Shown in pieces: positions 1 through 10,394 of a DNA stretch of 64,000 nt (position 1 is the first letter of the stretch; the number at the start of each line of letters is the position of its first letter). Origin of the DNA: Candidatus Doudnabacteria bacterium (GTDB taxonomy: Bacteria > Patescibacteriota > Doudnabacteria > UBA920 > O2-02-FULL-48-8); NCBI GenBank assembly GCA_037200925.1, contig JBBCGO010000001.1, positions 601,607 to 665,606 of the forward strand, read 5' to 3'. The notes under the pieces were generated by a model, which had not been told where the DNA came from, did not search any database, and saw only the letters and a list, made by a program, of their open reading frames with translations. The position numbers and the translations under genes are program-made.

Positions 1-116
1 AACTTTGATCAGAATGGCAAAACTCAAAAGATAATTGGTCAACTGGGACGCCGCCTGGGAGATCCAAAGCTTAGTAAAATCGATATTCTTCAGCACATCA
101 AGATAAGATTTGAACG
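1..116 (-). CDS. MFS-type transporter, N-terminal fragment. The CDS starts at 116 and runs off the window edge.
   Basis: Reverse-strand translation gives MTFKSYLDVLKNIDFTKLWISQAASQLTNYLLSFAILIKV, which resembles a typical MFS N-terminus. Confidence 0.35.
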
Positions 117-506
117 TCATGATCTTTTTTTCGGCAAAGTAATATTCGGCTCCCGGCCGTATTGCGGCTGTGTCATTCTTTTGCCCTTCTGTTTTGCAAG
201 CTGCTGCCAATCGATCTTAAGGCCTGCAGAAATACTAACCACCGGGATACCCAAGCCGTAAGCCAAGGCATTCGCGGCCGCTACTGCTGTGCGGATCTTG
301 GAAAAATGACCGGGACCTGTTACCACAGCGATCTTGTCCAGGTCAGCAAATTTTATTTTTTGTTTCTTTAAGAAAGTTTGGATCTGCCCGATCAATACTT
401 CTGATAAATTATGGCTGACTTTAAAAATGTGATCTATTGTTTTGCTGTTCGAGATCAAAGTTAATTTCGCAGAATCTTGATCAGTAGTATCTATAAATAG
501 CAGCAT
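117..506 (-). CDS. tsaB: tRNA threonylcarbamoyladenosine biosynthesis protein TsaB (YeaZ)
   Basis: The N-terminus MLLFIDTT...VVTGPGHFSKIRTAVAAANALAYGLGIPVVSIS matches the TsaB/YeaZ inactive-Kae1 fold. Confidence 0.7.
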   Translation of the reverse strand: MLLFIDTTDQDSAKLTLISNSKTIDHIFKVSHNLSEVLIGQIQTFLKKQKIKFADLDKIAVVTGPGHFSKIRTAVAAANALAYGLGIPVVSISAGLKIDWQQLAKQKGKRMTQPQYGREPNITLPKKRS

Positions 507-524
507 TAGAAATTAGAAATTTTT

Positions 525-1094
525 TTAAGATGCTTCCTTCCATTTCATGCTCTTTTGTTTGTCGTTGACGCGGATCAGCTTGATGACCTTATCCACCAGG
601 CGCTTCGGATCATCATCGAACACGATCCGCCTCCGGCCGCGCTCGGCCAGTTTCAAGATCCGGTCAATATCCTGTTCAATCCCCCCGGTTTTGGTCAAAA
701 CCCCGACCACCCGCTTGTCTTCAAACGCGGTGGTGAATTCATTAAGAGTGCCGATACGGCCGCAAACCACTATCACGCCGTCGGCGGATCGCGTCATCAG
801 CATGTTGCGCCCCGAATAATCAAACCCCGTATAAATGATAAGATCCATATACCGGGTCGGCAGATGATAGGTGTGAATGTGGGCCTGCTTGGAAACGGCG
901 GGCGACAGTCCGATAGAAATTCCGCCTACGGATTTCGCACCTCGGGTTGCCCATTCCGGTACGCCGACCGTGGCGCCCGTAACCAAAACGCAGCCGTGGA
1001 GCGCGACTTGCCGGCCGATCTCATAAGATTTTTTATACGCGCCTCTTGTGCAATTGTTAGTGGCAGAACCTGAAACAGCTATTTTATAATGCAT
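525..1094 (-). CDS. LOG/TIGR00725-like Rossmann-fold nucleotide-binding protein
   Basis: The motifs VLVTGATVGVPE and VVCGRIGTLNEF resemble the LOG/SLOG PGGxGTxxE region. Confidence 0.5.
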   Translation of the reverse strand: MHYKIAVSGSATNNCTRGAYKKSYEIGRQVALHGCVLVTGATVGVPEWATRGAKSVGGISIGLSPAVSKQAHIHTYHLPTRYMDLIIYTGFDYSGRNMLMTRSADGVIVVCGRIGTLNEFTTAFEDKRVVGVLTKTGGIEQDIDRILKLAERGRRRIVFDDDPKRLVDKVIKLIRVNDKQKSMKWKEAS

Positions 1095-1117
1095 GAACTA
1101 AAAAATTTCTTTAGAAA

Positions 1118-2059
1118 TTAGGATTTAGTACTTAGGATTTTTTTAAGTGTTCGTCCCTGCTTATATACATTATACCAGATGGGGGAAAAAATAAGATCAA
1201 AACTGCCGGGATACTTAACTTCAAATCCGCCAAAGCCTTTTTTGAACCGGCTGATCCCGGCCCAGGCATGACTCTCTTCTTTTGCAGGCGCCACGCCGCC
1301 AAAATCATAGTGTTTGAATCCCAAATTCCGCGCGAGCCTGATCGCTTCCCAATGCAGTAAGTGCGGGGCCATGGCTTCTTTCATTTTTTGTGAAGTTCCT
1401 CCGTGCAAAAAAGTCGCGGTATCGCCAAATAAACTCAAAAGTAAGCCGGCAAGAGGCTGGCCCTTATATTCAGCGATCAGAATCTTTAAATATTTTGGCG
1501 CCAGATGGTCCCACATCTGAAAGTAATAACTTTGCGGATGCAATCTAATTTTATTGCGGTTCGCAGTTTCCAAAAGCAGCTGCCAGACCGTGATCAGATC
1601 AGCTTGAGTTCCTTCCCGCACGACCACACCTTTGCGCTGGGACAAGTTGATGTTGTAGCGGGTTTTGGGTTTCATGCCGATCAGCAATTCTTCCTCGGTT
1701 TTTTCCAGATCCAGGACCCAGTCAATTGCCGGTTGCGTATCTTTGACAGCGCGCGGCAATTTTACAGATTGCAACGGTTCAATGCGCGAAAAAATAATTG
1801 AATGGTCCTCGTCCAGTTTTTTTAGATCAACTAAAGCCGGATCAATATTGCCCAAAGGGCCTCTGGGACAATAGGCGTATTTTTTACCAAACGGCAAAGC
1901 TGTTTCAATAGCCAAGCAAGCAAAATCCTCGCCCGAAAACCTGTGGATTTTTTGTCCCAGCGATTCCTGAAATTCCCCCCATACCCAGCTTTGCAAAATC
2001 GAGCCTCCAAGCTCGATGACTTTTTCATCCCAAGCGTCTTGTGATAGCGGGGTTATCAT
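1118..2059 (-). CDS. FemAB-family peptidoglycan bridge-formation aminoacyltransferase
   Basis: This is a 313-aa protein with a FemAB-like C-terminal acyltransferase region (HLLHWEAIRLARNLGFKHYDFGG). Confidence 0.65.
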   Translation of the reverse strand: MITPLSQDAWDEKVIELGGSILQSWVWGEFQESLGQKIHRFSGEDFACLAIETALPFGKKYAYCPRGPLGNIDPALVDLKKLDEDHSIIFSRIEPLQSVKLPRAVKDTQPAIDWVLDLEKTEEELLIGMKPKTRYNINLSQRKGVVVREGTQADLITVWQLLLETANRNKIRLHPQSYYFQMWDHLAPKYLKILIAEYKGQPLAGLLLSLFGDTATFLHGGTSQKMKEAMAPHLLHWEAIRLARNLGFKHYDFGGVAPAKEESHAWAGISRFKKGFGGFEVKYPGSFDLIFSPIWYNVYKQGRTLKKILSTKS

Positions 2060-2622
2060 TTTTGCAGAGCTTTCAGAGCCATTTTAACTTTTACTTGCAG
2101 ATTTGCAACGTCCTTAGGAACATTTTTCAGCGCATCGCGCGCTTCCTGCTGACTGTAACCTAGAGCAACAAGGGCATCCATGGCATCGGAGTGTTCGCGC
2201 GCCACCGGCATGGCAGATTTTTCGTCTTTGAGTTTTTCTTTCAACTCCACGATCACACGTTCTGCGGTTTTGCGGCCGATACCGGAAACTTTGGTGAACA
2301 CGGAAGGGTCTTCTGAAACAATGGCAGATTTAAGCATATCAATGCTGGCCAAAGACATGATCGCCAATGCTGATTTGGGGCCTACTCCCGAAACTGTGAG
2401 CAGCATTTCAAAAAATTCCAATTCCGAAAAAGTTTGAAAGCCGTATAAAGTGATCTGATCTTCCCTCACATACGTATGAATGACCAGACTCAGTTCCTGG
2501 TTCAGCTTAAATGGCACCAGCAGCACGGGCGGAACAAAAACTTTATATCCCACACCCGCGGTTTCGAGGATAATATAGTTTGCTGATTTATGAGTAATTT
2601 TACCTTTGAGTGAACCGATCAT
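2056..2622 (-). CDS. ruvA: Holliday junction DNA helicase RuvA
   Basis: The N-terminus MIGSLKGKI...GVGYKV and the HhH motifs GVGPKSALAIM and GIGRKTAERV are present, with a C-terminal domain III. Confidence 0.9.
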   Translation of the reverse strand: MIGSLKGKITHKSANYIILETAGVGYKVFVPPVLLVPFKLNQELSLVIHTYVREDQITLYGFQTFSELEFFEMLLTVSGVGPKSALAIMSLASIDMLKSAIVSEDPSVFTKVSGIGRKTAERVIVELKEKLKDEKSAMPVAREHSDAMDALVALGYSQQEARDALKNVPKDVANLQVKVKMALKALQK

Positions 2623-2649
2623 GTCTTGATTATATCGTATATGTTAGCA

Positions 2650-2678
2650 TTGACAAAGTTCCGAAAAGTAAGTTAATT
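2650..2678 (+). promoter_or_regulatory. Candidate sigma70 promoter: TTGACA, a 17-nt spacer, then TTAATT
   Basis: TTGACA lies at 2650-2655 and the spacing to an AT-rich hexamer is 17 nt. It sits upstream of a membrane-protein gene. Confidence 0.3.
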
Positions 2679-2713
2679 TACAACTGAAGATCCAGAAGTT
2701 TATGGAGGAAGTT

Positions 2714-3094
2714 ATGTTGGATTGGCATACTTCGGACCAAAACCGGCTTTTCTACACGCTCTATACGCTTGTATGTTTAGCAAGCACTTTACTGATCAAA
2801 TCCGGAGGGCCGGGTGGAAAATCCAGGAGTTCAGACGACTGGTGGGGAATCATTTGCGGCCTGATTTACACTACAGGATGGTTGGCGATGCCGGCCATCA
2901 TGAATATCAAAGGAGTAGGAGAATTTCTGGCTGGTTTGTTTTTGGTATCGTGCGCATTAGTTCTGCCTGGCCTATTATTTATAGCACTCAGCTTCACTCT
3001 TCTTGCTTTTTGGATCTGTCCATTCGCTGTCGTTTATAATCTCCTTCGAAAACCGGAGCAATGGCACTGCAATCCATTCGATTGGGTTATATAG
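2714..3094 (+). CDS. Hypothetical integral membrane protein
   Basis: GGAGG precedes the ATG at 2714 and several hydrophobic helices are predicted. Confidence 0.4.
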   Translation: MLDWHTSDQNRLFYTLYTLVCLASTLLIKSGGPGGKSRSSDDWWGIICGLIYTTGWLAMPAIMNIKGVGEFLAGLFLVSCALVLPGLLFIALSFTLLAFWICPFAVVYNLLRKPEQWHCNPFDWVI

Positions 3095-3170
3095 AACCCT
3101 GACCTGCCGTGCCACTGGCGCTGCCGGTTTTTTTTTGCCAAAAAAAAGAAGCCGAACTGCGAAGTTCGAC

Positions 3171-3998
3171 TCATTTGGTTTTCCGCCTCGGGGTTATAGA
3201 CAATCCGATCATATCGACCTGCGTCTGGATTTCCGGCATCCAGACCTTGATAATATTGACGTGGGCTCTGCCTGGAATTTTGAAATAGGGAATTTCAAAA
3301 TCAAACAGCCTGATCGCAAACCCCCAATCATATCCGATCGTGATGATTTGCTTCCCGTCCCAGTTGGGTACTCTAACTGCGAGGACTCCCGGGAAAGCGT
3401 ACATCTGCCACCTGCCATGTATATCAATCGTCATGTGAAGCCCTGCCAAGCCATAGGCTCTGGGGCTGGGCTGGGCTTGCATGTTTGTTCCAAGACCGGC
3501 CACGTGAAGGTGCTCGTAGAGAACGGTCTTGACCGTTCGCTCGTTTTGAATGCTGGTTGCCGACATCTGCCGCCGGATCCGCTGGACGACATACCCGTCT
3601 TTCCAGTCAGAGAAAAGTTTGCAGGCTTCAGCGAGCAGATCATCAGCGGCCAGCAATCCCTCCGACTCGACGCATGCTGACTCTAGCCAGTCAGGAGGCA
3701 AAGGCTCGATCCGACGAGGCGATTTGTAGCTGAACAAATCCGGCTCATCTTTCCAAAATGGATACGGAAACGGATACAACACCCACTGGGGTCTATCGAG
3801 CCATTCCGCAGCCCACTTCTGCCAGGCTTTGTACTCCTTAATCCAGGGCTGCGGATCAGGCAATGGCGGCGCTGGAATGTCCAGTCTTAGGTCCTGGGGC
3901 AGGATCGACCGGGATGGCAATAAATCATCCGAGCCTTGCGCCAGCAATATGGCACTTTTGAGCAGTAAACAGGCCAAAACAAGCGTTACGAGGCGCAT
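3171..3998 (-). CDS. Secreted hypothetical protein with a signal peptide and GC of about 57%
   Basis: The N-terminus MRLVTLVLACLLLKSAILLAQG reads as a signal peptide. An AAGGAAAAGGTGG RBS is present and a hairpin plus T-run terminator lies downstream at about 3140-3175. Confidence 0.5.
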   Translation of the reverse strand: MRLVTLVLACLLLKSAILLAQGSDDLLPSRSILPQDLRLDIPAPPLPDPQPWIKEYKAWQKWAAEWLDRPQWVLYPFPYPFWKDEPDLFSYKSPRRIEPLPPDWLESACVESEGLLAADDLLAEACKLFSDWKDGYVVQRIRRQMSATSIQNERTVKTVLYEHLHVAGLGTNMQAQPSPRAYGLAGLHMTIDIHGRWQMYAFPGVLAVRVPNWDGKQIITIGYDWGFAIRLFDFEIPYFKIPGRAHVNIIKVWMPEIQTQVDMIGLSITPRRKTK

Positions 3999-4060
3999 AG
4001 GTCCACCTTTTCCTTTGACGTATCTTAAACCCTATACAGGTTATTGCCAAGTCTGCTAAA

Positions 4061-6069
4061 ATGAAGATTGCTATGAAATTCCAGCTTCAATCCGAATTCA
4101 AACCGGCTGGCGATCAGCCGCAGGCAATAGAAAAACTGATCAAAGGCCTGGAAAAAAAATACCGCTACCAAACCCTGCTTGGCGTCACCGGCTCAGGCAA
4201 GACTTTTACCATGGCCAATGTCATCCAAAAGATCCAGAAACCGACTCTGATCATTTCCCATAATAAAACTTTGGCAGCGCAACTGGCGAGCGAGTTCCAG
4301 GATTTCTTTCCGGAAAACGCCGTGCATTACTTTGTCTCTTACTATGATTACTACCAGCCGGAAGCTTACATCCCCCGCTCTGATACTTACATTGAAAAGG
4401 AGACCGAGATCAATGAAGAAATAGATAAATTGAGAAACGCGGCCACGCAAAGTCTGTTGTCGCGCAAAGACGTGCTCATCGTCGCGTCCGTATCTTGCAT
4501 TTACGGCTTGGGCAATCCGGCCAATTATCTGGAGCTGTCCATGCCCATCAAAACCGGGGAAACTTTTAAGCGCGATAAGTTCCTGCGGCGCCTGACGGAC
4601 CTGCAATTCATGCGCAACGACGTCAACCTGACCCGCGGCACGTTCCGCGTCCGCGGCGATGTGGTGGAACTCATCCCGGCTTCCGCGGACAAGATCCTGC
4701 GCCTGAATTTCAATGGCGACGAGATAGAAAAGATCTCGGAGCATGATCCACTCACCGGCCAGGATTTCGGGGTTCATGAGGAAATAACTATTTTCCCAGC
4801 CAAGCATTTCGTCACGCCCAAAGAAAAATTATTCGCAGCCATCGGCAACATTCGCAATGAACTGGCCGATCAGGTCAAATTTTTCAAATCCCAGGATAAA
4901 CTTGTTGAAGCCCAGAGAATTGAACAGCGCACCAATTTTGACATTGAAATGATGCTTGAAACGGGCTTTGTGGCAGGCATTGAAAACTACTCCAGGCAAC
5001 TGGATTTCCGCAAACCCGGCGAGCCGCCGTCCACGCTGCTGGATTATTTCCCGGATGATTTTTTGCTGTTCATTGACGAGTCGCATATTACCGTTCCCCA
5101 GATCGGCAGCATGTACCTCGGGGATCAGTCGCGGAAAAAAAACCCTCATCGATTACGGCTTCCGTCTGCCGTCTGCCGCTGATAACAGGCCTTTGCAATT
5201 TGAAGAGTTTGAGAAAAGGATCGGCCAGACCATCTTTGTTTCCGCAACACCGAACAAAGAGCGGGAATTGGCTGTTTCCAAGCAAGTGGCCGAGCAGCTC
5301 ATCCGGCCGACCGGACTTTTGGACCCGGAAATAGAGATCCGCCCGACGAAAAACCAGATCGACGACCTTATGGAAGAGATCCAAAAAAGAGTTAAACAAA
5401 AACAGCGCGTACTGGTAACGACATTGACCAAAAATATGGCGGAAGAACTGTCCAACTATTTGGTTGAATACGGCATCCGCGGACAATATCTGCATGCGGA
5501 CATTGAAACCCTGGAGCGGCTGGAGATCCTGCGCGACCTGCGCTTGGGAGTTTATGATGTGGTCGTGGGCATCAATCTTTTGCGTGAAGGATTGGACCTG
5601 CCGGAAGTTTCCCTGGTCGCCATCCTGGATGCGGACAAGGAAGGCTACTTGCGTTCAGAAACTTCGCTCATCCAAACCATGGGCCGGGCCGCCAGGCACG
5701 TGGATGGCCACGTCATTATGTATGCGGACAAGATCACCGGCTCCATGCAGCGCGCCATGGATGAAGTAACCCGCCGCCGGAAGATCCAGCAAGACTACAA
5801 TAAAGAACACGGCATCACTCCTGCCGGGATCATCAAAGGCATCAAAGAAACGCGCCTGGCCGGCATGAAAGTCGCGGAAGAAAAAACAGTCGGACGAGAT
5901 GGATCTGAGCAAAATGAGCAAGCAGGATATCGCCTATGCCATTGAAGAACTGCGGGACCAGATGGACTTGGCTGCGCGCAACCTGGATTTTGAAAAAGCC
6001 GCGTCTCTTCGCGACCGCATCACCGCCATCCGCGCCAAAACGCGGATGAAAAAACATAAATTCAAATAA
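4061..6069 (+). CDS. uvrB: Excinuclease ABC subunit B, split into three frames by two homopolymer indels at about 5135-5142 and 5881-5886
   Basis: The ORF contains GVTGSGKTF and [10 protein letters not shown], then continues as [15 protein letters not shown] in a second frame. The C-terminal UVR domain ([22 protein letters not shown]...[13 protein letters not shown]) lies in a third frame. Confidence 0.85.
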
Positions 6070-6090
6070 CCCGCCTTATTGGAGGCGTCC

Positions 6091-6285
6091 ATGGCAAAAA
6101 AGAAATGCACTGATCCGGAAGCTGCTAAACTTTTGGGAGCTTATTTGCTAGAAGACAATGTGCTGACAAAACGGCAACTCGCGAAATTCGAAAAGCATGT
6201 ACTCGAATGTGAAGCTTGTTGGGCAAAAATCAAACGGCATCAGCAAAGGGAGGATCGAACGCCGAAAGACAAAGATCAGCCTTGA
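6091..6285 (+). CDS. Small zf-HC2-like protein (anti-sigma-factor-type zinc finger)
   Basis: The motif HVLECEACWAKI (H-x3-C-x2-C) is present and a GGAGG RBS lies upstream of the ATG at 6091. Confidence 0.4.
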   Translation: MAKKKCTDPEAAKLLGAYLLEDNVLTKRQLAKFEKHVLECEACWAKIKRHQQREDRTPKDKDQP

Positions 6286-6312
6286 TGCGCATCAAGGCTC
6301 TTTTTATTGTCT

Positions 6313-6341
6313 TGAACAAACTCCAATTACCTGCTATTATC
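6313..6341 (+). promoter_or_regulatory. Sigma70-like promoter for rpsT: TTGAAC, a 17-nt spacer, then TATTAT
   Basis: Both hexamers match the consensus closely and are spaced 17 nt apart, 28 nt upstream of the rpsT start. Confidence 0.55.
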
Positions 6342-6369
6342 CAAAAGCTTATTACTAATCCCACCTCGT

Positions 6370-6633
6370 ATGCCCAACACTAAATCAGCGATCAAAGCCG
6401 CCAGACAGAATATAAAACGCCGCATCAATAACCTCAAATCCTTGGAAGTCGTCCGGAAAACGGGCAAGGCGGTCAAGAAATTTGTAGCGGCTGCCGATAA
6501 ATCCGAAGCCCATAAAGCTTTATCCGCCGCCTTTGCCGCCCTGGACAAAGCTGCCAAGAAAAACATCATTCACAAGAACAACGCCAACCGGCATAAATCA
6601 AGGTTATCGGCCATGGTGGCGAAAATGAAATAG
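6370..6633 (+). CDS. rpsT: 30S ribosomal protein S20
   Basis: The sequence MPNTKSAIKAARQNIKRR...NANRHKSRLS matches S20. Confidence 0.9.
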   Translation: MPNTKSAIKAARQNIKRRINNLKSLEVVRKTGKAVKKFVAAADKSEAHKALSAAFAALDKAAKKNIIHKNNANRHKSRLSAMVAKMK

Positions 6634-6654
6634 TACCCAAGCATGCTCAGTAGC

Positions 6655-6682
6655 AAGAACCGCCTCGTCGGCGGTTTTTTTA
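6655..6682. terminator. Rho-independent terminator hairpin ACCGCC...GGCGGT followed by T7
   Basis: A GC stem and T-run lie directly after rpsT. Confidence 0.6.
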
Positions 6683-7144
6683 TACTTCCCTTAGATCAAA
6701 CTTTTCAAAGCCGGTGTTGTCATCATTGAAATAAAATTCTCCTTCCAGTTTTTGGCCTGCCAAAACCTTTGGCAGCCAATATTTATCGTCCGGCCACATT
6801 TGATCATATGGTATTTCCTTGAACTTGAACCATTGCGGTTTCATTTCCTCGGTTTCAACAGGCTCGCTAGTCCATTTCCTAGCAACAAAGATGCTGACTT
6901 CCTGGTCCCATTCTTTCTTGGTCTTAAAATAAAACTCCAGACAAGCAACTTTTGTCAGATCAGCAGATTCTACTGTCACGCCGATCTCTTCCTGCATTTC
7001 GCGCAGCGCGGTTTGTTCGATATTTTCACCATCCAAAGGCTTGCCCCCGTAACCATTCCACTTACCCGCCCCAAATCCGCGCTTTTTCATGGCCAAGAGA
7101 ATTTCATCATCTCTAACCAATAAACAAAGCGTGGACTGCCGCAT
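6680..7144 (-). CDS. NUDIX hydrolase (MutT-like)
   Basis: The Nudix box GGKPLDGENIEQTALREMQEEIGV is present. Confidence 0.8.
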   Translation of the reverse strand: MRQSTLCLLVRDDEILLAMKKRGFGAGKWNGYGGKPLDGENIEQTALREMQEEIGVTVESADLTKVACLEFYFKTKKEWDQEVSIFVARKWTSEPVETEEMKPQWFKFKEIPYDQMWPDDKYWLPKVLAGQKLEGEFYFNDDNTGFEKFDLREV

Positions 7145-7145
7145 G

Positions 7146-9431
7146 CTAGATCTTTATCTTCTCCATCTCCGACCAGTTGTCGCCGGATTTGGCATGGACC
7201 TCGATCGGGACTTTGAGCTTATAGACATTCTCCATGATATTTTTGATATATTTGGCCTGCTGTTCAGCTTTATTTTTCTCGGTCTCAAACACCAATTCAT
7301 CGTGAACTGATAATAGCATTTGCGCATCCGGGTGTTTTTTATCAATTTCTATCATGGCCATTTTGATTATGTCCGCGGCCAGGGATTGCAGAGGCATATT
7401 GAAAGCCTGCCGCTCTGCGGCTCCCCGCACCGCAAAGTTTGAGGCGTTGATCTCCGGCAAATACCTGATACGGCCCAGAGAATTTGTAATAAATCCCTGC
7501 TTGCGGGTTTTTTCGATCGTGCCGTCAATATATTTTTTGAGTTTTTTGAAAACTTCAAAGTATTGTTTAATGTGCTCGCCGGCTTCAGCGCGGCTCATGT
7601 CGGATCGTGACGAAAGTCCGAATGCTGATACTCCGTACAAGACACTAAAGTTAATGGTTTTCGCATCGCGGCGCTGATTAGGCGTTACCTTGTCTTCCGG
7701 AACATTAAAAATTCTGGCTGCGGTGGCGGTGTGAAAATCCCCGCCTGATTTGAAGATCTTGATCATCTCCGGATCTTCGGAAAGAGAGGCTGCAATGCGC
7801 AATTCGATCTGCGAATAATCCAGCGACAGCAACACTTTTCCTTTTTCCGCGATAAAAGCTTTCCGCACTTCGTTCCCCAGATCCGTACGGATAGGGATGT
7901 TCTGCAAATTAGGATTAATTGAAGACAATCTCCCGGTCGCGGCAATGGTCTGGCTGTAAGTTGTATGGATGCGGCCGTCTGCTTTGGATACAAGCAATGG
8001 CAACGCATCGACGTAAGTGGATTTTAATTTTGTCAGTTCGCGGTATTCAAAGATCAGCTCAATGATCGGATGAAGCTTGCGCATTTTTTCCAGCTCGTTG
8101 GCGGCCGTGGACATGCCGCCGGATTTTTTGTTCTTCTTGATGTTTTCCGTCGGGATCTGCAATGTTTCAAATAATACTTCCTGCAATTGCTTGGGAGAAG
8201 AAATATTGAACTCGCCTCCGGCGTGCTTATGAATTTCTTTTTCTAGCTGTTTAATGCGTTTATCAAGCTGCTTGGATAGATCCGAAAGCCAGACCAGATC
8301 TATTTTAATGCCCCGCTTCTGCATATTTTTAAGCACAGATATCAGAGGCACTTCAATATCCTGGAAAATTTTCAGGACATTTTTTTCTTTTAACTCGGTC
8401 GCCAAATCAGCCCAATCACCAACTTCATAACTGCGCTGGCCCGGATTACACAAATATGCGGCGATCAAGGCTTCTTCAGCCGTTTTGATCACAGCATTTG
8501 GTTTGCCCGGAATAACCGGAGCTGCGACCAATTCTGCCTGCGAACCTTTGGAAACTTTGGGCAGGCGGGCATTCAAAGCCTTGATTCCGAGACTGTTCAA
8601 AAGCCGGACGACTTTCGTTTGATCGTAATCGCCAAGCTTGGTTTTCTCAAAATCAAAATTCAGCTCGCCTTTTTGGTCTATGAAAGCCAGTTTATACGAC
8701 AAGTACGCTTTAGCCTTGCCGTCGATCAATTTTTGCAGAGTCCCGGCTTTGATCTTTTTTGCTTTGTTTTTCCACGGCTTCGTACACGCCATCCAAACTG
8801 CCAAATTGCTTGATGAGTTCTAACGCTCCTTTCTCTCCGATCCCCGGCACTCCCGGAATATTGTCGGAGGTATCTCCACGAATAGCTTTGTAATCCACCC
8901 ATTGCGACGGATGCAGGCCCGTGACCTCAACCATCTTATCAATATCAAAGATCTGAATATCTGAAAATCCGGTTTTGAACCGGTAAACTTGAGTATGATT
9001 ATCTATCAGCTGCAGCAGGTCCATGTCTCCGGTGACAATGATATTCAGAACATCTTTCGGGGTTTTATGAGCAATGATCCCTAGCAGGTCGTCAGCTTCA
9101 AATCCCTCTTTTTCATAAATAGGAATATCCAAAGCCGTCAAAATCTCTTTGATCTTCGGCAATTGCACCAACAACTCATCAGGTGCGGCTTTCCGCGTGG
9201 CTTTATAATCGGTTGTGAGTTTGTCGCGGAAAGTCGGCCCCTTCACGTCAAAAGTAACCAGAGTATGAGATGGTTTAATATCTTCCAATGCTTTAAAGAA
9301 CATGGAAAAAAATCCGAAAATGGCGCCGGTGGAAATCCGTCCTTGTTCGACATCGCCGGCAGAGCGTGGAAGGCGCGATGAAACAGCGCATGCCCGTCGA
9401 TCAATAAAAGTTTTCGTTTGGATTCAGCCAT
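7146..9431 (-). CDS. polA: DNA polymerase I, split into three ORFs by homopolymer indels at about 8750-8760 and 9300-9335
   Basis: The 5'-3' exonuclease N-terminus (LLLIDGHALFHRAFHA..., GFEADD) is present. The polymerase domain carries RRDAKTINFSVLYG and the SVHDELVFE motif C. Confidence 0.85.
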
Positions 9432-9537
9432 AAAAGTATGGTAATCATACCAAAAAACCGCCTTCCTGTCCGACGCTTATTTTTTAGACGTTATAATTAT
9501 ACTAAGATGCAAATTTGATTTGTTTGCAGGAGGAATA

Positions 9538-10122
9538 ATGCCAAGGACAAAGAAACCTGCTGATTTGCCCATGCTCGAACCTGAGGATGCGGCAATTGTC
9601 GTGGGCTATGATCTGGATGAGATGGTGCGCCAGCGCTACTGCGAATGGTGCCTGTTCTGGGATTTTAACCAAGCTTTGGAAACCAGCATCTTTCCAGAGT
9701 CCGCAAGATTAGTGCTGATCAACGCTGCGCTGGGTTCGTCAGGCGAGAAGCTGAAGAACATTTTCGAACAGAAGGGTCTTAAGGTACAGGTCGTATCAAG
9801 CGGAGTGCCCGCCATCCAATCCCTCATGGAAAAATTATTCGGGCCAAACATCAGTAAGGGCAACCGTGGGCCATTTATGCGACGAGTTATTGCTGAACCC
9901 GAACCTGATGCGGAGCTCGTACCCATAGAAGCGATGAAACGCGAACCTACCAGGCCTGCTCCAGATATTAAGAATTCTGGACAGGGCCTGCCCGTCAAGT
10001 CAAAAGACAATGCTGGCGACCTCGAAACGGTAACTCACTCGGATGAGGAATGGCAAGAGCGGCTCGGAGATGCTTTGACAGCACAAAAAAATGTTGAAAA
10101 AACATCTGACCAAGATAAGTAA
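9538..10122 (+). CDS. Hypothetical protein
   Basis: A GCAGGAGG RBS precedes the ATG at 9538. No recognisable domain was found. Confidence 0.35.
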   Translation: MPRTKKPADLPMLEPEDAAIVVGYDLDEMVRQRYCEWCLFWDFNQALETSIFPESARLVLINAALGSSGEKLKNIFEQKGLKVQVVSSGVPAIQSLMEKLFGPNISKGNRGPFMRRVIAEPEPDAELVPIEAMKREPTRPAPDIKNSGQGLPVKSKDNAGDLETVTHSDEEWQERLGDALTAQKNVEKTSDQDK

Positions 10123-10137
10123 TTTGTCTTGGTTTTT

Positions 10138-10380
10138 TTATGCTCGGCGTTTTCCGCTCTGTTCCCGCCTGCGGGTTTCGTCATCCCGGCGCTTTTGGTC
10201 AGCATCCCTTCTGGCCTTGTCTTCTTCCTGTCTTTTGCGGCTTTGCAGATCCGCGATCTTTCTTTTATCCTGTACGATTTTCGGTTCTAGCCTGCGGACA
10301 TCGTCTTGCGCACGCTTAAGATCTGTTTCGTCTTTTCGAAGCTCATCCTCCTGCCAGCGGAGCTCGCTGTTGGTATCCAT
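10138..10380 (-). CDS. Small, highly charged (K/R/D/E-rich) coiled-coil protein
   Basis: This is an 80-aa ORF made up entirely of charged heptads. Confidence 0.3.
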   Translation of the reverse strand: MDTNSELRWQEDELRKDETDLKRAQDDVRRLEPKIVQDKRKIADLQSRKRQEEDKARRDADQKRRDDETRRREQSGKRRA

Positions 10381-10394
10381 AAATTTATTATTAT

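Noticed and set aside
3003-3680. 225-aa plus-strand ORF
   Set aside because: It is fully antisense to the minus-strand secreted-protein gene at 3171..3998. That gene has an RBS, a signal peptide and a downstream terminator.
4193-5495. Several minus-strand ORFs (204, 106, 135 and 100 aa) inside uvrB
   Set aside because: They are antisense to a highly conserved uvrB reading frame and have no RBS or domain signal.
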